A stretch of 63,675 nucleotides of DNA, filler included, from Octopus bimaculoides (Eukaryota): NCBI RefSeq assembly GCF_001194135.2. It is 6 parts of 5 records of this genome, joined end to end, with 100 filler letters (N's around TTAATTAATTAA, not from the genome) between each part and the next. Parts side by side here need not be neighbours in the genome. Positions count along the whole stretch, not along the records: positions 1 to 6,194 come from NC_068982.1; positions 6,295 to 27,598 come from NC_069004.1; 4 more parts are not named here. One strand, written 5' to 3'. Below, piece by piece: positions 1 to 13,005 of the stretch. Position 1 is the first letter of the stretch. Each line of letters opens with the position of its first letter. The position numbers and the translations under genes are program-made. Under the pieces are notes generated by a model that saw only the letters and a list, made by a program, of their open reading frames with translations, made no database searches and was not told the origin of the DNA.

Positions 1-138
1 ATGGTACCCTAGGCATAACACCTACATGAACTTCTAACTTGTTGTCTCTTGAGGTCTCTGGGTGAGACTTGGATCCAACTTGTACAAATGCAAAACAAAA
101 GTCAAACATAAAATAATAATAATAATAATAATAATAAT
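1..138 (+). mobile_element. 3' end of a non-LTR retrotransposon (probably R4/Dong-like) with (TAA)n tail
   Basis: Non-coding stretch ending in (TAA)9, the same tail style as the RLE element at 3778-4055. Family assignment is from remembered octopus repeats. Confidence 0.4.
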
Positions 139-139
139 A

Positions 140-293
140 TCGAAAAATACCTTAGGAATGAGAACCCAGGTTCGAAATTTCCACAAGACACCTGATGAAG
201 GCTGGAGGGTATATCAGCCGAAACGTTGTGTTACCAACAAAAAAGATGAGGACAAATATCCGTCAAATGTAAATAATGTAAATAATGTACATA
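140..293 (+). mobile_element. Penelope-like element pseudo-LTR fragment
   Basis: Contains CCTGATGAAG...CCGAAACGTT, the hammerhead-bearing signature of PLE pLTRs. Confidence 0.6.
187..232 (+). ncRNA. Minimal type I hammerhead ribozyme
   Basis: Stem I GACAC/GUGUU; CUGAUGA 192-198; extra A; stem II GGCUG/CAGCC; GAAA 220-223; palindromic stem III ACGU; GUU triplet. Confidence 0.75.
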
Positions 294-550
294 AGGTATG
301 AAACAGAAAACTTTCAGAAGTTGAATAAGTTTCAGGTGAGAAAAGAGACTTTTGATCCTTGAGGCAGGCTTCTTCATCGTGAACCATTTTCACCAAAACA
401 GGTGAGAAATTTCTTTATGAAATTGCAAAAATAAACCCTATACGTTTAGAATCGCACCACGATAGCGTAATCGGAAACAAGGAAAATCATATAAATGGTT
501 TCTCTTTCAAAAATATGTTAAGCACAGACATAAATTCTGTATACATTATA

Positions 551-930
551 GGTGCAGGAGTGGCTGTGTGGTAAGTAGCTTGCTTACCAATCACATGGTT
601 CCGGGGTGAGTTCCACTGTGTGGCACCTTGGGCAAGTGTCTTTTACTATAGCCTTGGGCCGACCAAAGCCTTGTGAGTGGATTTGGTAGACGGAAACTGA
701 AAGAAGCCTGTCGTATATATGTATATATATATATATATATATGTTTGAGTATCTGTGTTTGTCCCCCCCCAACCATTGCTTGACAACCGATGTTGGTGTG
801 TTTACGTCCCCGTAACTTAGCAGTTCGGCAAAAGCAGCCGATAGAATAAGTACTAGGATTACAAAGTCCTGGGGTCGATTTGTTCGACTAAAGTTGGTGC
901 TGCAGCATGGCTGAACCAAATAAAAAAAAA
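551..930 (+). mobile_element. tRNA-derived SINE, family A (octopus OR-type), near full length
   Basis: Head with A-box TGGCTGTGTGG and a decayed B-box, internal (TA)n; colinear with copies at 38382 and 40648. Confidence 0.85.
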
Positions 931-2271
931 ATACATGCTGGGCACAAATTTTCCGTCTCACACACACACACACACACACACACACTCTAACACACAAAAA
1001 CGCACATAACCACATCCATTCACACACGCACACAGCACAACGCAAGCGTTATACATGTGCATAAATACATGTACATAGTACATGCGTAGAAGATTACGTG
1101 ACTCACCCTAACACATATGAATTCATTGATTCAGCTTATAAATGTATTTGCAGCTGAGCCTAAAACAACATCGGAGAGAGACCGAAATTTTGGGGGAGAT
1201 GATAATGTCAAAAGACAGGCTTCAATATGGTCAGAAGGCTGAATCCTTACTCAAAGAGTTTATATATACATTAGTGAATATCCAGAAGTGATCATCCGGT
1301 GGACTAGATTTTGCAGTAAATCTAGGAGGGAAATTATGTAACATACTAAGAATAAATAAATTCTTTCGGCATATAAATGTTTCTAATTTTGATCTAAAAA
1401 TACTATGAAGTTATAAGCTCTAAAAAGCACAAGAGTCTAAAGTCTGAAAGATCAAGATTACAACCGAAATGCGTGTAGTTTTAGCATCGGGGCTGACAGA
1501 GTCCCTTCCATAAATCTTATGTATATCTTTTTTTTTTACATACATACATACATACATTAAAGAAAATGGACCTAGTTTCTAACAAAGTATTTAGAAAACA
1601 ACTTTGGTGAAGAACTGGAATTGGTGCTGTTTGTGTGTGTAAGCCATTATCGTAAAAGCAAATTTCTACGTGGTGAAAAATACTTCCGTCTGCATAACAC
1701 TAATTTGCCGAGTAAAACGTATCTCTCACATTTATAAGAAGGAACTGAACGAAAGAAAAATAAGGGAAATATATGATTTAAGAGGAATTAACAGCCTGTT
1801 ACTGATCTAGGTTAGATAAGCTCGACCTAAAACATTTCTAAAAACAGGCCTCTATGTCTCTTGGCAACATCATCTTGTATTTACGGATGCATGTATGTAT
1901 CATAATTGTAAATGTATAATTGTAAATAACCCATGCCAGATTGATTACTACATTACAGTCATTTTGTTGATATGAAAAAGGATGTGATGTAAATATTTCG
2001 TTGTTTGAATATTTACTGTATTTGAGTTTGTTTTGGTAAATTAATTCTCACCTGGTCACGGAAAAAAGAAATCAAAGACAGATTACAAAGACACTGTATG
2101 CACGCGCGCAAACACGCATTCACACACACACACACACGCGCGCGCGCACACACGCGCATATACACATGAACATACAGGCATACAGTCATGCACAAATTCA
2201 AACACACAAACATACGCAAATATGCAATTCACATCCAAGAGAAAATGTGCGCCTGCTTATGTGTAAGTATA

Positions 2272-2285
2272 GTTTCCATGGAAAC
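2272..2285. promoter_or_regulatory. RFX X-box-like palindrome GTTTCCATGGAAAC
   Basis: Perfect 14-bp palindrome matching the RFX X-box consensus; function unproven. Confidence 0.3.
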
Positions 2286-3624
2286 ATCCGTGGAAAACAA
2301 TAAAGCCAGTTCTTTAAGTACTCAATCGCTTCTGCATCGAGTTACACATACCCCTGTATTATTTCCCGATCCGAAATATACCCAGCAGTTTTACTCTGAG
2401 CACTTTAGCTCCGTTAACATAACAAGTCCCGATACTTTTTAATCAGACCTCGTATAGATGCTTCTGCTTTTGGAAATGTGTGTAGTGTTGGTTGCATGAC
2501 TCTCTAACTGAGTACTTACGTGGTTAAGTTACGTCCTTGTGTATAACCAGAAATGTGTCGAGCAAGATTCATAATATTGTGGTTATTTCTCTTCAGAATA
2601 ATGTTATCGTTGTCGTTGCTTTGGTCGATTTATGAATGCTCCATTGAAGCAGACCGACAATCAAAAGTAGAGATCAACATGTCTTTTTATACATAGAGGA
2701 ATATCTTGTTGAACGTGTCGCGGTTTTTAAATCCGTAGACTGTGATTTAAGAAAGAATTGACTGCTATTTCTAGCAGGTCTAAATAATGCACATAGACGC
2801 CTCATTGTTACTTTTCTGTGGCGTTGATTATGGAGGTGAATATTAATGAAACTTAACCGCGAAATGAGTCATCTTAAAACACTTAACAAAAGCGAAATAA
2901 CATTTTCTTCGACTTTCTTTTGCTTTTTACAAACCAACTTAATCTGAACTCTATCGACACCGATTGCATATTGATTATCACACACGTTGTTGGAGAACTG
3001 TTTTTGTTCACCGAGACATGTTTACAATGAACCATTCCAAAGAAAACGAAAAGTGTAATTAGAAAATAATACTCAGGATTGAAAGAAATTTAATTGAATA
3101 TCATTGATATTTGCCAACACTAGTAGTAAAACTGCAATAATTATAAAAATTCTTTATATTTGCCTGAGGGGCGGCGGATGAAGGACATTATAAGGAAATT
3201 TGAAAATTAGCAGAATCGATAGTGTCAAAACAGGCGTAAAATTAGTGTCACCATAACCACCTGAAGAAAACTATCCAGTTTTTCCGGTCGCAGGAGGGTG
3301 GCAGGTTGATTCTCAGGTTTGATTCAGTTGATGGCGTGATCCCGCCTATCTTGATGTTTAGCATAACTCTATAAGTAAGCAATGTTAGGGAAGTGAACAA
3401 GAGTCTGGGGCAACGATGCCGTTGCTATGTGTTCATCTTCTAATGATTTTTACTGACTTCAGAGTTAATACCAAAGTGGCATGGTTTGTCGCTAGCAATG
3501 CCAGGCAAGAATAGTTTTGAAGTTGTCCAGATTCCAGAACTGGAAGTCGTCCGAGAAAAACTGATAAGTTGATAATTTTCCATGCCTAGAGATCTTTGAG
3601 AGCATCGTTGTTGTCATGGTCAAC

Positions 3625-3760
3625 TTTTTTCCTTATCCTTTTAGGGTTGATAAAAACCAAAACGTACCAGCCAAATACTGTAATCAGGCCCATGTAATCA
3701 AATTTCTCGACATCCACAAAATTTCAGGCCTTGGGCCTGTTATAAACAACAATTAATATT
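3625..3760 (+). mobile_element. Degenerate SINE family B 3' half
   Basis: Decayed match to the ...cctttcggggtcgataaa...gtaccag...aaatttcaggccttg body and tail of intact copies in this window. Confidence 0.45.
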
Positions 3761-3777
3761 ATATAATATAATTTTCC

Positions 3778-4055
3778 GTGCCTATAATAATTGGTGTGTT
3801 GGGAACAGTAAGCCAAGATATAGACAAATGACTGAAAGAGATTGAAATAGAATTCCCGGTAGAGCTCCTACAGAAAGTTTGTCTCTTAGGGACAGCAAGG
3901 ATTATCAAGAGGGTTCTAAGCACTTGAAAGACTGCTAAGAATTTGTGGATACCTAAGGTTACAGGTAGTAACCTGCTATCCAGATAAATCCTATCAGGAA
4001 TAAGACCGAACCTGAGCCAAACCATAATAATAATAACAATAATAATAATAATGAT
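3778..4055 (+). mobile_element. R4/Dong-like non-LTR retrotransposon 3' end (RLE C-terminus, 3'UTR, (TAA)n)
   Basis: 3778-3927 translates VPIIIGVLGTVSQDIDK*LKEIEIEFPVELLQKVCLLGTARIIKRVLST*, the typical VPIIIGxLG...LQKxxLLGTARI end of this group; ATA-repeat tail. Confidence 0.8.
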
Positions 4056-4059
4056 AAAA

Positions 4060-4400
4060 ATGCAAATGAAAGCAAAAAATGCAGGTTAAGGCCTATTGCT
4101 TACGTAGGTATGAAAAGAGAAACAAATTTTACAGACCAAATAAGATATTTAAAACTGGTGCTAAGAAATTCTAGAGAGTTAGGGAAACAGTCGATCAAAG
4201 TAAAAGACCCGCCTGATATGAAAGTAGAGACATTTTGGAAAAGTATATAGAGCGATAGAAAGGAATTCAGCAAAGAGATAAAAAGAAGGAATGGCTAAGA
4301 GTGAAGAACAGGGATGGAACGGTATTGCAATGCAGGAACTATCTCAAGTTAGAATTTCCAATACTACTTGTTCCATGGTTGAGTGGTCGCCGACTAAACC
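4060..4400 (+). mobile_element. R4/Dong-like ORF fragment upstream of the RT domain
   Basis: Frameshifted RYEKRNKFYRPNKIFKTGAKKF / RELGKQSIKVKDPPDMKVETFWKSI. Confidence 0.65.
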
Positions 4401-4850
4401 AGCTACCCCCCCCCCCNNNNNNNNNNNNNNNNNNNNNNNNNNNNNNNNNNNNNNNNNNNNNNNNNNNNNNNNNNNNNNNNNNNNNNNNNNNNNNNNNNNN
4501 NNNNNNNNNNNNNNNNNNNNNNNNNNNNNNNNNNNNNNNNNNNNNNNNNNNNNNNNNNNNNNNNNNNNNNNNNNNNNNNNNNNNNNNNNNNNNNNNNNNN
4601 NNNNNNNNNNNNNNNNNNNNNNNNNNNNNNNNNNNNNNNNNNNNNNNNNNNNNNNNNNNNNNNNNNNNNNNNNNNNNNNNNNNNNNNNNNNNNNNNNNNN
4701 NNNNNNNNNNNNNNNNNNNNNNNNNNNNNNNNNNNNNNNNNNNNNNNNNNNNNNNNNNNNNNNNNNNNNNNNNNNNNNNNNNNNNNNNNNNNNNNNNNNN
4801 NNNNNNNNNNNNNNNNNNNNNNNNNNNNNNNNNNNNNNNNNNNNNNNNNN

Positions 4851-4902
<52 letters not shown>
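4851..4902. repeat. (AG)n microsatellite at gap edge
   Basis: Direct. Confidence 0.95.
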
Positions 4903-4909
<7 letters not shown>

Positions 4910-5016
4910 CGGAGAGAGCGAAAGAGAAGGAGAGACAGACTGATAAACATAGACAAAGAAAGAACAGACAGACAGGCACACAGACAGACATACACACACG
5001 TACACACACACAAACG

Positions 5017-5178
5017 CCGGCTTCTTTCAGTTTCCGTCTACCAGATGCACTCACAAGGCTTTGATCAGTCCGAGGCTATATTAGAACAAACTCACCAAAG
5101 GTGCGACATAGTGAGACTGAACCTGGGACCATGTGGCTCGGAAGCAGATTTCTTACTACACAGCCACGCCTGCGCCTA
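5017..5178 (-). mobile_element. SINE family A, 5' half
   Basis: Reverse complement of the family A head and body. Confidence 0.8.
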
Positions 5179-5782
5179 TATTATTCATATTGATCTTTAT
5201 TTTTCTGTTGTTGTTGATGCCGCAGCTTTTGATTGATACTTCTGATGCTCTGCTTTGAAAATTGATGTTATTCTCGTAAATCCCATCATTATTTACCACG
5301 TTTTTGTATATTGTGTTCTACTAAACCACGTCCATGTCTTTTGTCGAGTCTTCAGCTGGAAAATTCGACCATGCTACAGCTACAGCTACAACACTGTCGC
5401 CAGTCTCAAGAGAGACACGTGACATAGCTTTGCTCTATTTTCTCTCTTTATGTCTTATATTTTCTCTCTTCCTTCTCTCTCTGTCTCAGATTTCTTCTCA
5501 GCAAACGTTATTAGTTTCTCACAAGGATCCATGATTGTTTTTTTTTTTTTCTTAAAAATCGAAATGTTATGAATTGTTTGTAGACAAAACTGAAAACGAA
5601 CATTTTTTTCGGAGTGGAGGAAGATGATATGAAGGATGCTGACTCCGAATTCTAACTTGTCTTGCTCGTCTTCGCAACTGACAACAGGAACGATAAGAGT
5701 AAATTCCCATTCGGACAAAAAAGACGATTTATTCTGAAAATTCACGGATATGTTTTCAAACGTACCTTTTCTGTCAAACTCC

Positions 5783-5784
<2 letters not shown>

Positions 5785-5817
<33 letters not shown>

Positions 5818-5880
5818 GAAGAAGAAGAAGAAGAAGAACAAATCATAATAATAATAGTAATAATAATAGTAGTAGTAGTA

Positions 5881-5940
<60 letters not shown>
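5785..5940. repeat. Compound (TAA)n/(GAA)n/(TAG)n microsatellite
   Basis: Direct. Confidence 0.95.
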
Positions 5941-6194
5941 TTTTTTATTCTTAAAAAATGAAATTTCACTGCAATACAAAGCACAGGACCTCCTATGCAC
6001 GATGTCTCAATGAAACACGTGCGATCACACACGCAAAACCAACACCGGAAAGTTTACAAACTATATAAAAAAAAAGAAATGGAACAAAATAGTAAGTACA
6101 TATATTGAATAATTACGCATACACTTGAACGTGTACACAATGATATATACGTTTTGATACCCATAGAACTACACATGCATCTTAATGTTTACAG

Positions 6195-6294
6195 NNNNNN
6201 NNNNNNNNNNNNNNNNNNNNNNNNNNNNNNNNNNNNNNTTAATTAATTAANNNNNNNNNNNNNNNNNNNNNNNNNNNNNNNNNNNNNNNNNNNN
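6195..6294. other. Artificial scaffold-join spacer (44N-TTAATTAATTAA-44N)
   Basis: Same 100-nt structure at 27599-27698, 44475-44574, 56493-56592 and 62392-62491; the 12-mer gives stops in all six frames. Confidence 0.95.
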
Positions 6295-6327
6295 CTGCCA
6301 GAGCTTCTCCTAGATTTTATCTTTCCT

Positions 6328-6502
6328 CTGCTCGTTTCGGTCATTCGGCTGCGGCCATACTGGGGCACTACCTTGAAGAATTGTTAGTCGAACGAATCGA
6401 CACCAGTATTTATTCTATCGCTCTCTTTTGTCGAACCGCTATGTTACGGGGACATAAACACACCAACACCGGTTGTCAAGCGGTAGCGGAAGATAAAGAG
6501 AT

Positions 6503-6542
<40 letters not shown>

Positions 6543-6727
6543 ACACATATACACACACACGACGGGTTTCTTCCAGTTTCCGTCTACCGCAGCCACTCAA
6601 AGGCTTTGGTCATCATGAGGCTATAGTAGAAGATACTTGCCCAAGGTGGCACGCAGTGGGACTGAACGCAGAACCATGGAGTTGGGAAGCAAGCTTCTTA
6701 CCAAGCAGCCACGTCTGCACTTGCCTA
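6328..6727 (-). mobile_element. SINE family A, diverged full-length copy
   Basis: Colinear reverse complement of family A with internal (CA)n. Confidence 0.8.
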
Positions 6728-6953
6728 TTGATAGACAAATGGATAAGGAGGTAGGAAGGTAGGTACGCAAATAGATGGATAGAAATGTGAGTTCGATTCG
6801 CGATGGTCGTTTTATTGGTGTAATGCATTTACTAGTTATAGCGTGCAAAAGACTAACCACCGAAAAGAGCCCTCATCTCGTGTCTATGCTGCTGTAGGAC
6901 TCAATATCATATTTGCAAGCTATTTGCCATAAAATGAAATAAAACGTATAATA

Positions 6954-7175
6954 TATTCTTTTCTACTCTAGGCACAAGGCCCGAAATGTTTTGGAGAAGG
7001 AGGCCAGTTGATTAGATCGACCTCAGTACGCAACTGGTACTTAATTTATCGATCCCAAAAGAATTAAAAGCAAAGTCGACCGCGGGGGAATTTGAACTCA
7101 GAACGTAAAGACAGACGAAATATCGCTAAGCATTTCGCCCAGCGTGCTAACGTTTCTGCCAGCTTCCACTGCCTT
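6954..7175 (-). mobile_element. tRNA-derived SINE family B
   Basis: Minus strand: ...ggcagaaacgttagcacgctgggcgaaatgcttagcg...GAGTTCAAATTCC (B box)...gtcgactttgc...gataaattaagtaccag. Confidence 0.85.
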
Positions 7176-7538
7176 ATCTAATATATTCTGGTAGCAATGA
7201 TCATCGTTTCGTCGATGTTGTTGTTGTTGTTTTCGTTGCATAACAACAACAGCGACCCTTCACCAACCCTGATCGAGTGCACCTATGGTTTAAGTCATTT
7301 CGGCTGTGAGCATATCATCATTGCTTGTAATTGTTTCAGTCATTGTGTATCTAGGAGTACATCGTTTAACATGTCCTTTCTCCCTATCTTCTAAAGATGG
7401 TCGAGTATAGTTCAAGGTAGACTTTTCATTGCTATTTTTAGCCTGTTGAGTGACTTCAAAGTAAGTCCCTCGCTGACACGTCGTGAAATGTCTGTCAACC
7501 GATGGCATGCTCATGTGTGTGCGCGCGCGATTGTACCT

Positions 7539-7622
<84 letters not shown>

Positions 7623-8086
7623 GAGAGAGAGTGAGAGGAGATACCTGGTTATTTTTAGTGTCAGACAGTCAAAGGTCTTGTTATTGGCTGTTGTTAGTTT
7701 ATGGAATAATAAAGCAGATAGAACAATAGATGTGTTCATATTCGGGTGTACGTGTACCGAAATATGTATTCTGTATTCCGAAACGAAGTCTTCAGCACCA
7801 ACCAAACATCCAAACATACTCAGGTGCACACATCGTTACACGCTAATAACTCAGGAAAGTATGTGCGATTGATTACTTGTAATTATGCCCGTACAAATGC
7901 ATGAATGTATGTATGTATGTATGTATGTATGTATGTATGTATGAGTATATACATGTGTACGTGTGTCTGTGTTCGAGAGCGTGCGCATGTGTGTGTATGT
8001 GCGTGTGTGCGTGTGCAAAATCTACTTGCAAAATCTCCGTACACATTCACATTCTCACATGCACATATACGCACACATGCATAATG

Positions 8087-8131
<45 letters not shown>

Positions 8132-8574
8132 GCTTAAAGATACATATGTATGCATATATGTATGTACGTATGTATGTAAATATATACGGATACACTGGTG
8201 TACACATACATACATACATACATACATATACTCATACATTGACTAAAACGACGATTCAGACATACAAAGATGCACACGTATACACAAGTGTATAAATATA
8301 TATANNNNNNNNNNNNNNNNNNNNNNNNNNNNNNNNNNNNNNNNNNNNNNNNNNNNNNNNNNNNNNNNNNNNNNNNNNNNNNNNNNNNNNNNNNNNNNNN
8401 NNNNNNNNNNNNNNNNNNNNNNNNNNNNNNNNNNNNNNNNNNNNNNNNNNNNNNNNNNNNNNNNNNNNNNNNNNNNNNNNNNNNNNNNNNNNNNNNNNNN
8501 NNNNNNNNNNNNNNNNNNNNNNNNNNNNNNNNNNNNNNNNNNNNNNNNNNNNNNNNNNNNNNNNNNNNNNNNNN

Positions 8575-8605
<31 letters not shown>

Positions 8606-9787
8606 AATACACACACACATATATATATGCCTTCCTCACCTACACAAGTATAATAATATATTTCACATTTAAGAGTTATTTGTTGATTAAAAACATCCTC
8701 GTTACTTTATTATTTGGAAACAGCAGTTCAAATAAGTGTAGAATTTGTAATGAGATTGTTTTGAATAAAGGGACATGCATAATTTCTTTGATGTGTCTGG
8801 GTTGTAGGTGTAACGAGCAACGAAATATCCAACCATCCGTCCAACCATCCATTCTTCCATCCAGCAAGTAACACCACCTATTCTGACAACACTTCCCACT
8901 GAAATTGTCACAACAAAATCCTAACAAACATACTGCGAATAATCTAGTTTTGATTTAATGATAGCTAAAAAAAATAAACCAAAATAAAAAGTAAAAATCA
9001 AATTTAAAAAGAAGCTAGACCCATCCCTCAAAAAAAAAAGAAAAGAAAAAAGAAACAAACCTAGCAATGACCTCGTAGACAAAACGACATTGATAAAAAT
9101 GGCGTCCGATTAAACAATTTCCTTCCCACACTATCGTTGTCCCGTGGCCTTTAAATACAGTTTCTTGTTTTCGAATGAATTGCTGCTCCTCGATTTGTTT
9201 ATTATATTTTTTATTAAAAAATGTGTGTTTATTTTAACACGTATATACATACACGTATATACATACACGTATATACATACACGTATATACATATTATTTC
9301 ATGATTTTCAGTTATATTTATTGATTTTTTTATTTTGTTGTGTGTTGTGTGGTTTTATTCCCCTTATTGTTGACACAAATATAATATCAACCTGTCCGTT
9401 GTATTTGTCTTAGGTCTGATTAGAACTATATATATATATATATATATATATTCAGACATACATACATACATATATACATACATACATATATACATACATA
9501 CATACATACATACATACACATATATATATATATACACACGTATGAGGATACGTTCTATTGGTGTTTTTTAAACATTTATAAAAAGAATACAGGGTCGCCA
9601 CTCGATTGTGATGTAATGTTAATTTATACATAAATATTACAGAATCTGGTGTGGGTTGTTTTAGCATAGTTCCAAATGGCTATTAAAAACGCCGTTTTGA
9701 CGTGAACAAAAAAATACGATAGATTGAGAACAGGAGTAGATTTATATGGGTTATAACGAAAGGATAGACTAGAAGTGATGTACTGAA

Positions 9788-9818
<31 letters not shown>

Positions 9819-10135
9819 AAATTCTAAAGCTGTGACCCCCTTAGCCGAGGGAAGAACGGACCGGTTGTGGTTTTATAGATAATGGGGGAATTTGATGCGA
9901 GCGAAGGAAGGTTACTTTCTCTACATATGAAGAGAGTAACACTTTCGTGTGCTACATTCGATTACTACTTTGTAAGCCCTCGCCACTGGCTTTATCGTGT
10001 CCCTTGTACCCAGGGTTAAAGTTGCACTACATTCATTAATAAACACTTTCGTTTGTTTAAGAAGTTGAGCAGTTGATAGCTGCTTCAGTAATTAACTGTA
10101 CACAAATACAGACGCATACGAGCCAATAAGAGAAG

Positions 10136-10172
<37 letters not shown>

Positions 10173-10807
10173 GTAGCGTTTCTGCATGGTCAATTCGAGG
10201 TACTAGAAATAGCAGCCAAATCTGTCTTGAATCAAACCTTACATGATATACAAAACATGCTATATTGATATATCAGATAATGGTCTCCTGGGGGTACACA
10301 ATTCATGCAAAAATTAGGTGAGACGGTCAAGACTTACTCGACTTTGATCATAAGGTCCTCATCGCGATTAGCACCGACCTGTGGCTACACATCCGAACAC
10401 AAACCACATAAATACACACACGCACATACAGAAAAATACATATACATCAATATGTATGTTTCTATACATATAAATGTACAAAAACAACCATACACATGCA
10501 CAAACTTTCAATATGATATAAAATATCTAATATATATATATATACACACACACATATATACATCCTTAATCAAATATGTATACATGCACAATTCATATAA
10601 CCTCTTCCCACACGCTTGTCTATTATGTATATACACCTATATTTTTCTACATAAATATTTAAACATTGATATAATAAATATATATATATACTTATGATAT
10701 GCCTGAGATGCCACGCAGACGGATGGAACCCAAGAAATCGTGGTTTCGATAAGAACTTCGTGGTCATTACATCGCGCCCCCTTAAGCTTGTTCGCCTTTT
10801 GTTTTTA

Positions 10808-10845
<38 letters not shown>

Positions 10846-10972
10846 GTATATTATATGATCATATNNNNNNNNNNNNNNNNNNNNNNNNNNNNNNNNNNNN
10901 NNNNNNNNNNNNNNNNNNNNNNNNNNNNNNNNNNNNNNNNNNNNNNNNNNNNNNNNNNNNNNNNNNNNNNNN

Positions 10973-11005
<33 letters not shown>

Positions 11006-11477
11006 CATATGTTCATATATATTGATATAGTACATATATATGCATACGTAGATACATACACGCACACTCACACAAACACACACACATATGCACACATACA
11101 TATACAACTATTCACTACTACACACTTCATCAACCTACACGTCAAAACCGAAGCGATTCAGTACTACAAACACACACACACACGAATACGTACACCGTAC
11201 GAATAGCCACATACATCCAAGAAGATGAGAGTCTCAAATTGTACGAATAACAAAACCACATACTCATTAAGTTATGGTACCAGTGGTTGAGTATACCATA
11301 GACACATGTTTTTGTTATAGATTAGTCAGAATGTAAGCAGCTCCCTGTGATAGGAAGAGGTGCAATCCTAAATTAGAAACCTGACCCAAACACTTGCAGC
11401 AAGGTGCACACCGATGGAGGTACCCAACGTTGGTGTGAAAACGAGCGGTGAATTGAGTCACCTAAACCCATGTAGGC

Positions 11478-11735
11478 CACGGCAGGATTTGAACTCGAAA
11501 CGTAAAGAGCCGGAACTTAATATCCTGTCTGATACACTCATGATTTCGCCAGTCCATAACCTTAGAATGGTACTTTCATTTGCTGACCCAGGAAGGAGGA
11601 AGGACAGATGACTCAGCAGGATTTGAACTCGGAAAGTAAAGAGCCAAAACATAATACCCTGTCCGATACACCCGTGATTCCGCCTGCCCTTAATGGTATT
11701 TTATTTTACAGACCCAGGAAAGAGGAAAGACAGAT
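11478..11735 (-). mobile_element. Two tandem, highly decayed SINE family B fragments
   Basis: Two ~140-bp units, each with ggatttgaactcg.aa.gtaaagagcc and gacccaggaa.gaggaa.gacagatg. Confidence 0.55.
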
Positions 11736-12459
11736 GGCCTCCGCGATTACCTGGGAGAGAAAGAGTATTCGATACATGTAACAGAGTTTATTAATTAAAA
11801 AAGAAAATAAAACTTGAGTAATCAACTCTGCTGCCCTCCCCGGAGTTCCTCGATACACGCGATCATCGAAGCATTAATTCGATGACTGTGGGCACTTAAT
11901 ATAGAGCAGCTTGGAAACACGATCTCAAGTCCGTTGATTAGAAGATCCGAACTTCTGTACGTTTGCCGTCACATATAGAAATTAATTTTCTAAATCAAAC
12001 TAGGCAACCGCCTTTCTTATAATTCATGAAGTTTCCTCTCCTACATCATAATAGTATCACGCTGTTAACTTAGAACGAGTTATCCCCATGTAGCAACAAC
12101 GTTGCCTGAGGTAACAACGATCAGGTGACTGGTTGCAGCCGATCACCTGATCATTATGACCGGTCAAAATAGAGCTAAACGATGTTTTCCGCTGGTCCAC
12201 ATGAAGCTGCCCGATTTTCAAGCGTTTTTCACCCGAATGATTGTTCTTAGCGATAGAGTAACGGNNNNNNNNNNNNNNNNNNNNNNNNNNNNNTTTTTTT
12301 GTTACAAATTTGTGCGCACGCGCGCGCGTAAATGTGTTTTGTTATCTTATTTAACTTTTCCCTCGTTCTTTATTTCGCTGATCATGCACACAAAACGACG
12401 TTTTGCCATCCGAATACACTCTCGTATTACGCCTACGTACATACAGAACAGAGATTAAA

Positions 12460-12692
12460 GCCAGCAGCTCACTTCCTCTGGCTGCCAGAACAACGCCATT
12501 CTAAAGCAGTTGTCAGATGGAGACCGCCGGAGGCGGAAAATAGAGAGAGAGAGGAAAATCGAAAACGACATGGCGCAGAACATTGGAAACGGACATGAAA
12601 GAGGACAATATCGCATGGCCGGACGCAGAGAAAACCGCAACCAGTGGCGTCAGTTTGCTGCTCAATGGCTTAAAGAGCACAGTAAGGACTGA
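12460..12692 (+). mobile_element. RTE-like LINE, decayed ORF C-terminus
   Basis: ...ILKQLSDGDRRRRK...ENRNQWRQFAAQWLKEHSKD*, resembling the RTE terminal xGxRRRGR...NRxxWR motif. Confidence 0.55.
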
Positions 12693-12738
12693 TAATGACA
12701 CACACGAAAACAAGAACGTTCAATTATACGCGTTTAGA

Positions 12739-12915
12739 GGCGCGTAGCCACGTGGTTCGAGTGTTGGACTCGTGATCATAAGATTGTGGTTTCGATTCCA
12801 GGACCGGGAGACACGTTGTGTTCTTGAGCAGAACACTTCGTTTCACGTTTGTTTCAGTTTACTCAGTTAACAAAAGTGAGTAATCCTGCAACGGACTGTC
12901 GTCCCGTCCAGATTG
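12739..12915 (+). mobile_element. tRNA-derived SINE family C
   Basis: tRNA-like head (ggcgcgtagccacgtggtt...gtttcgattcc) then ttgtgttcttgagcagaacact...ttcacgtt; a second decayed copy lies at 48865. Confidence 0.65.
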
Positions 12916-13005
12916 GAAATATATGGGAAGTGTTGGTTGGATATCTGTTGCGCGATGTCGCTCGATCGCGTAACCCTAGGCACCTTCAAATTTTATATTT
13001 GAAAT

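Noticed and set aside
340-405. 66-nt exon between two CAG|GTGAGA motifs
   Set aside because: Stops in all three frames.
551-620. Stand-alone tRNA genes (this and other SINE heads)
   Set aside because: A/B boxes are present but there is no complete cloverleaf, and all are fused to SINE bodies.
5200-5780. Coding exons in non-repeat sequence
   Set aside because: Several short protein-like frames on both strands, but none has a consistent acceptor/donor pair or recognisable homology.
11942-11962. mir-100-like sequence (AGATCCGAACTT)
   Set aside because: Only 12 internal nt match, the AACCCGT 5'/seed region is absent and there is no proper precursor hairpin.
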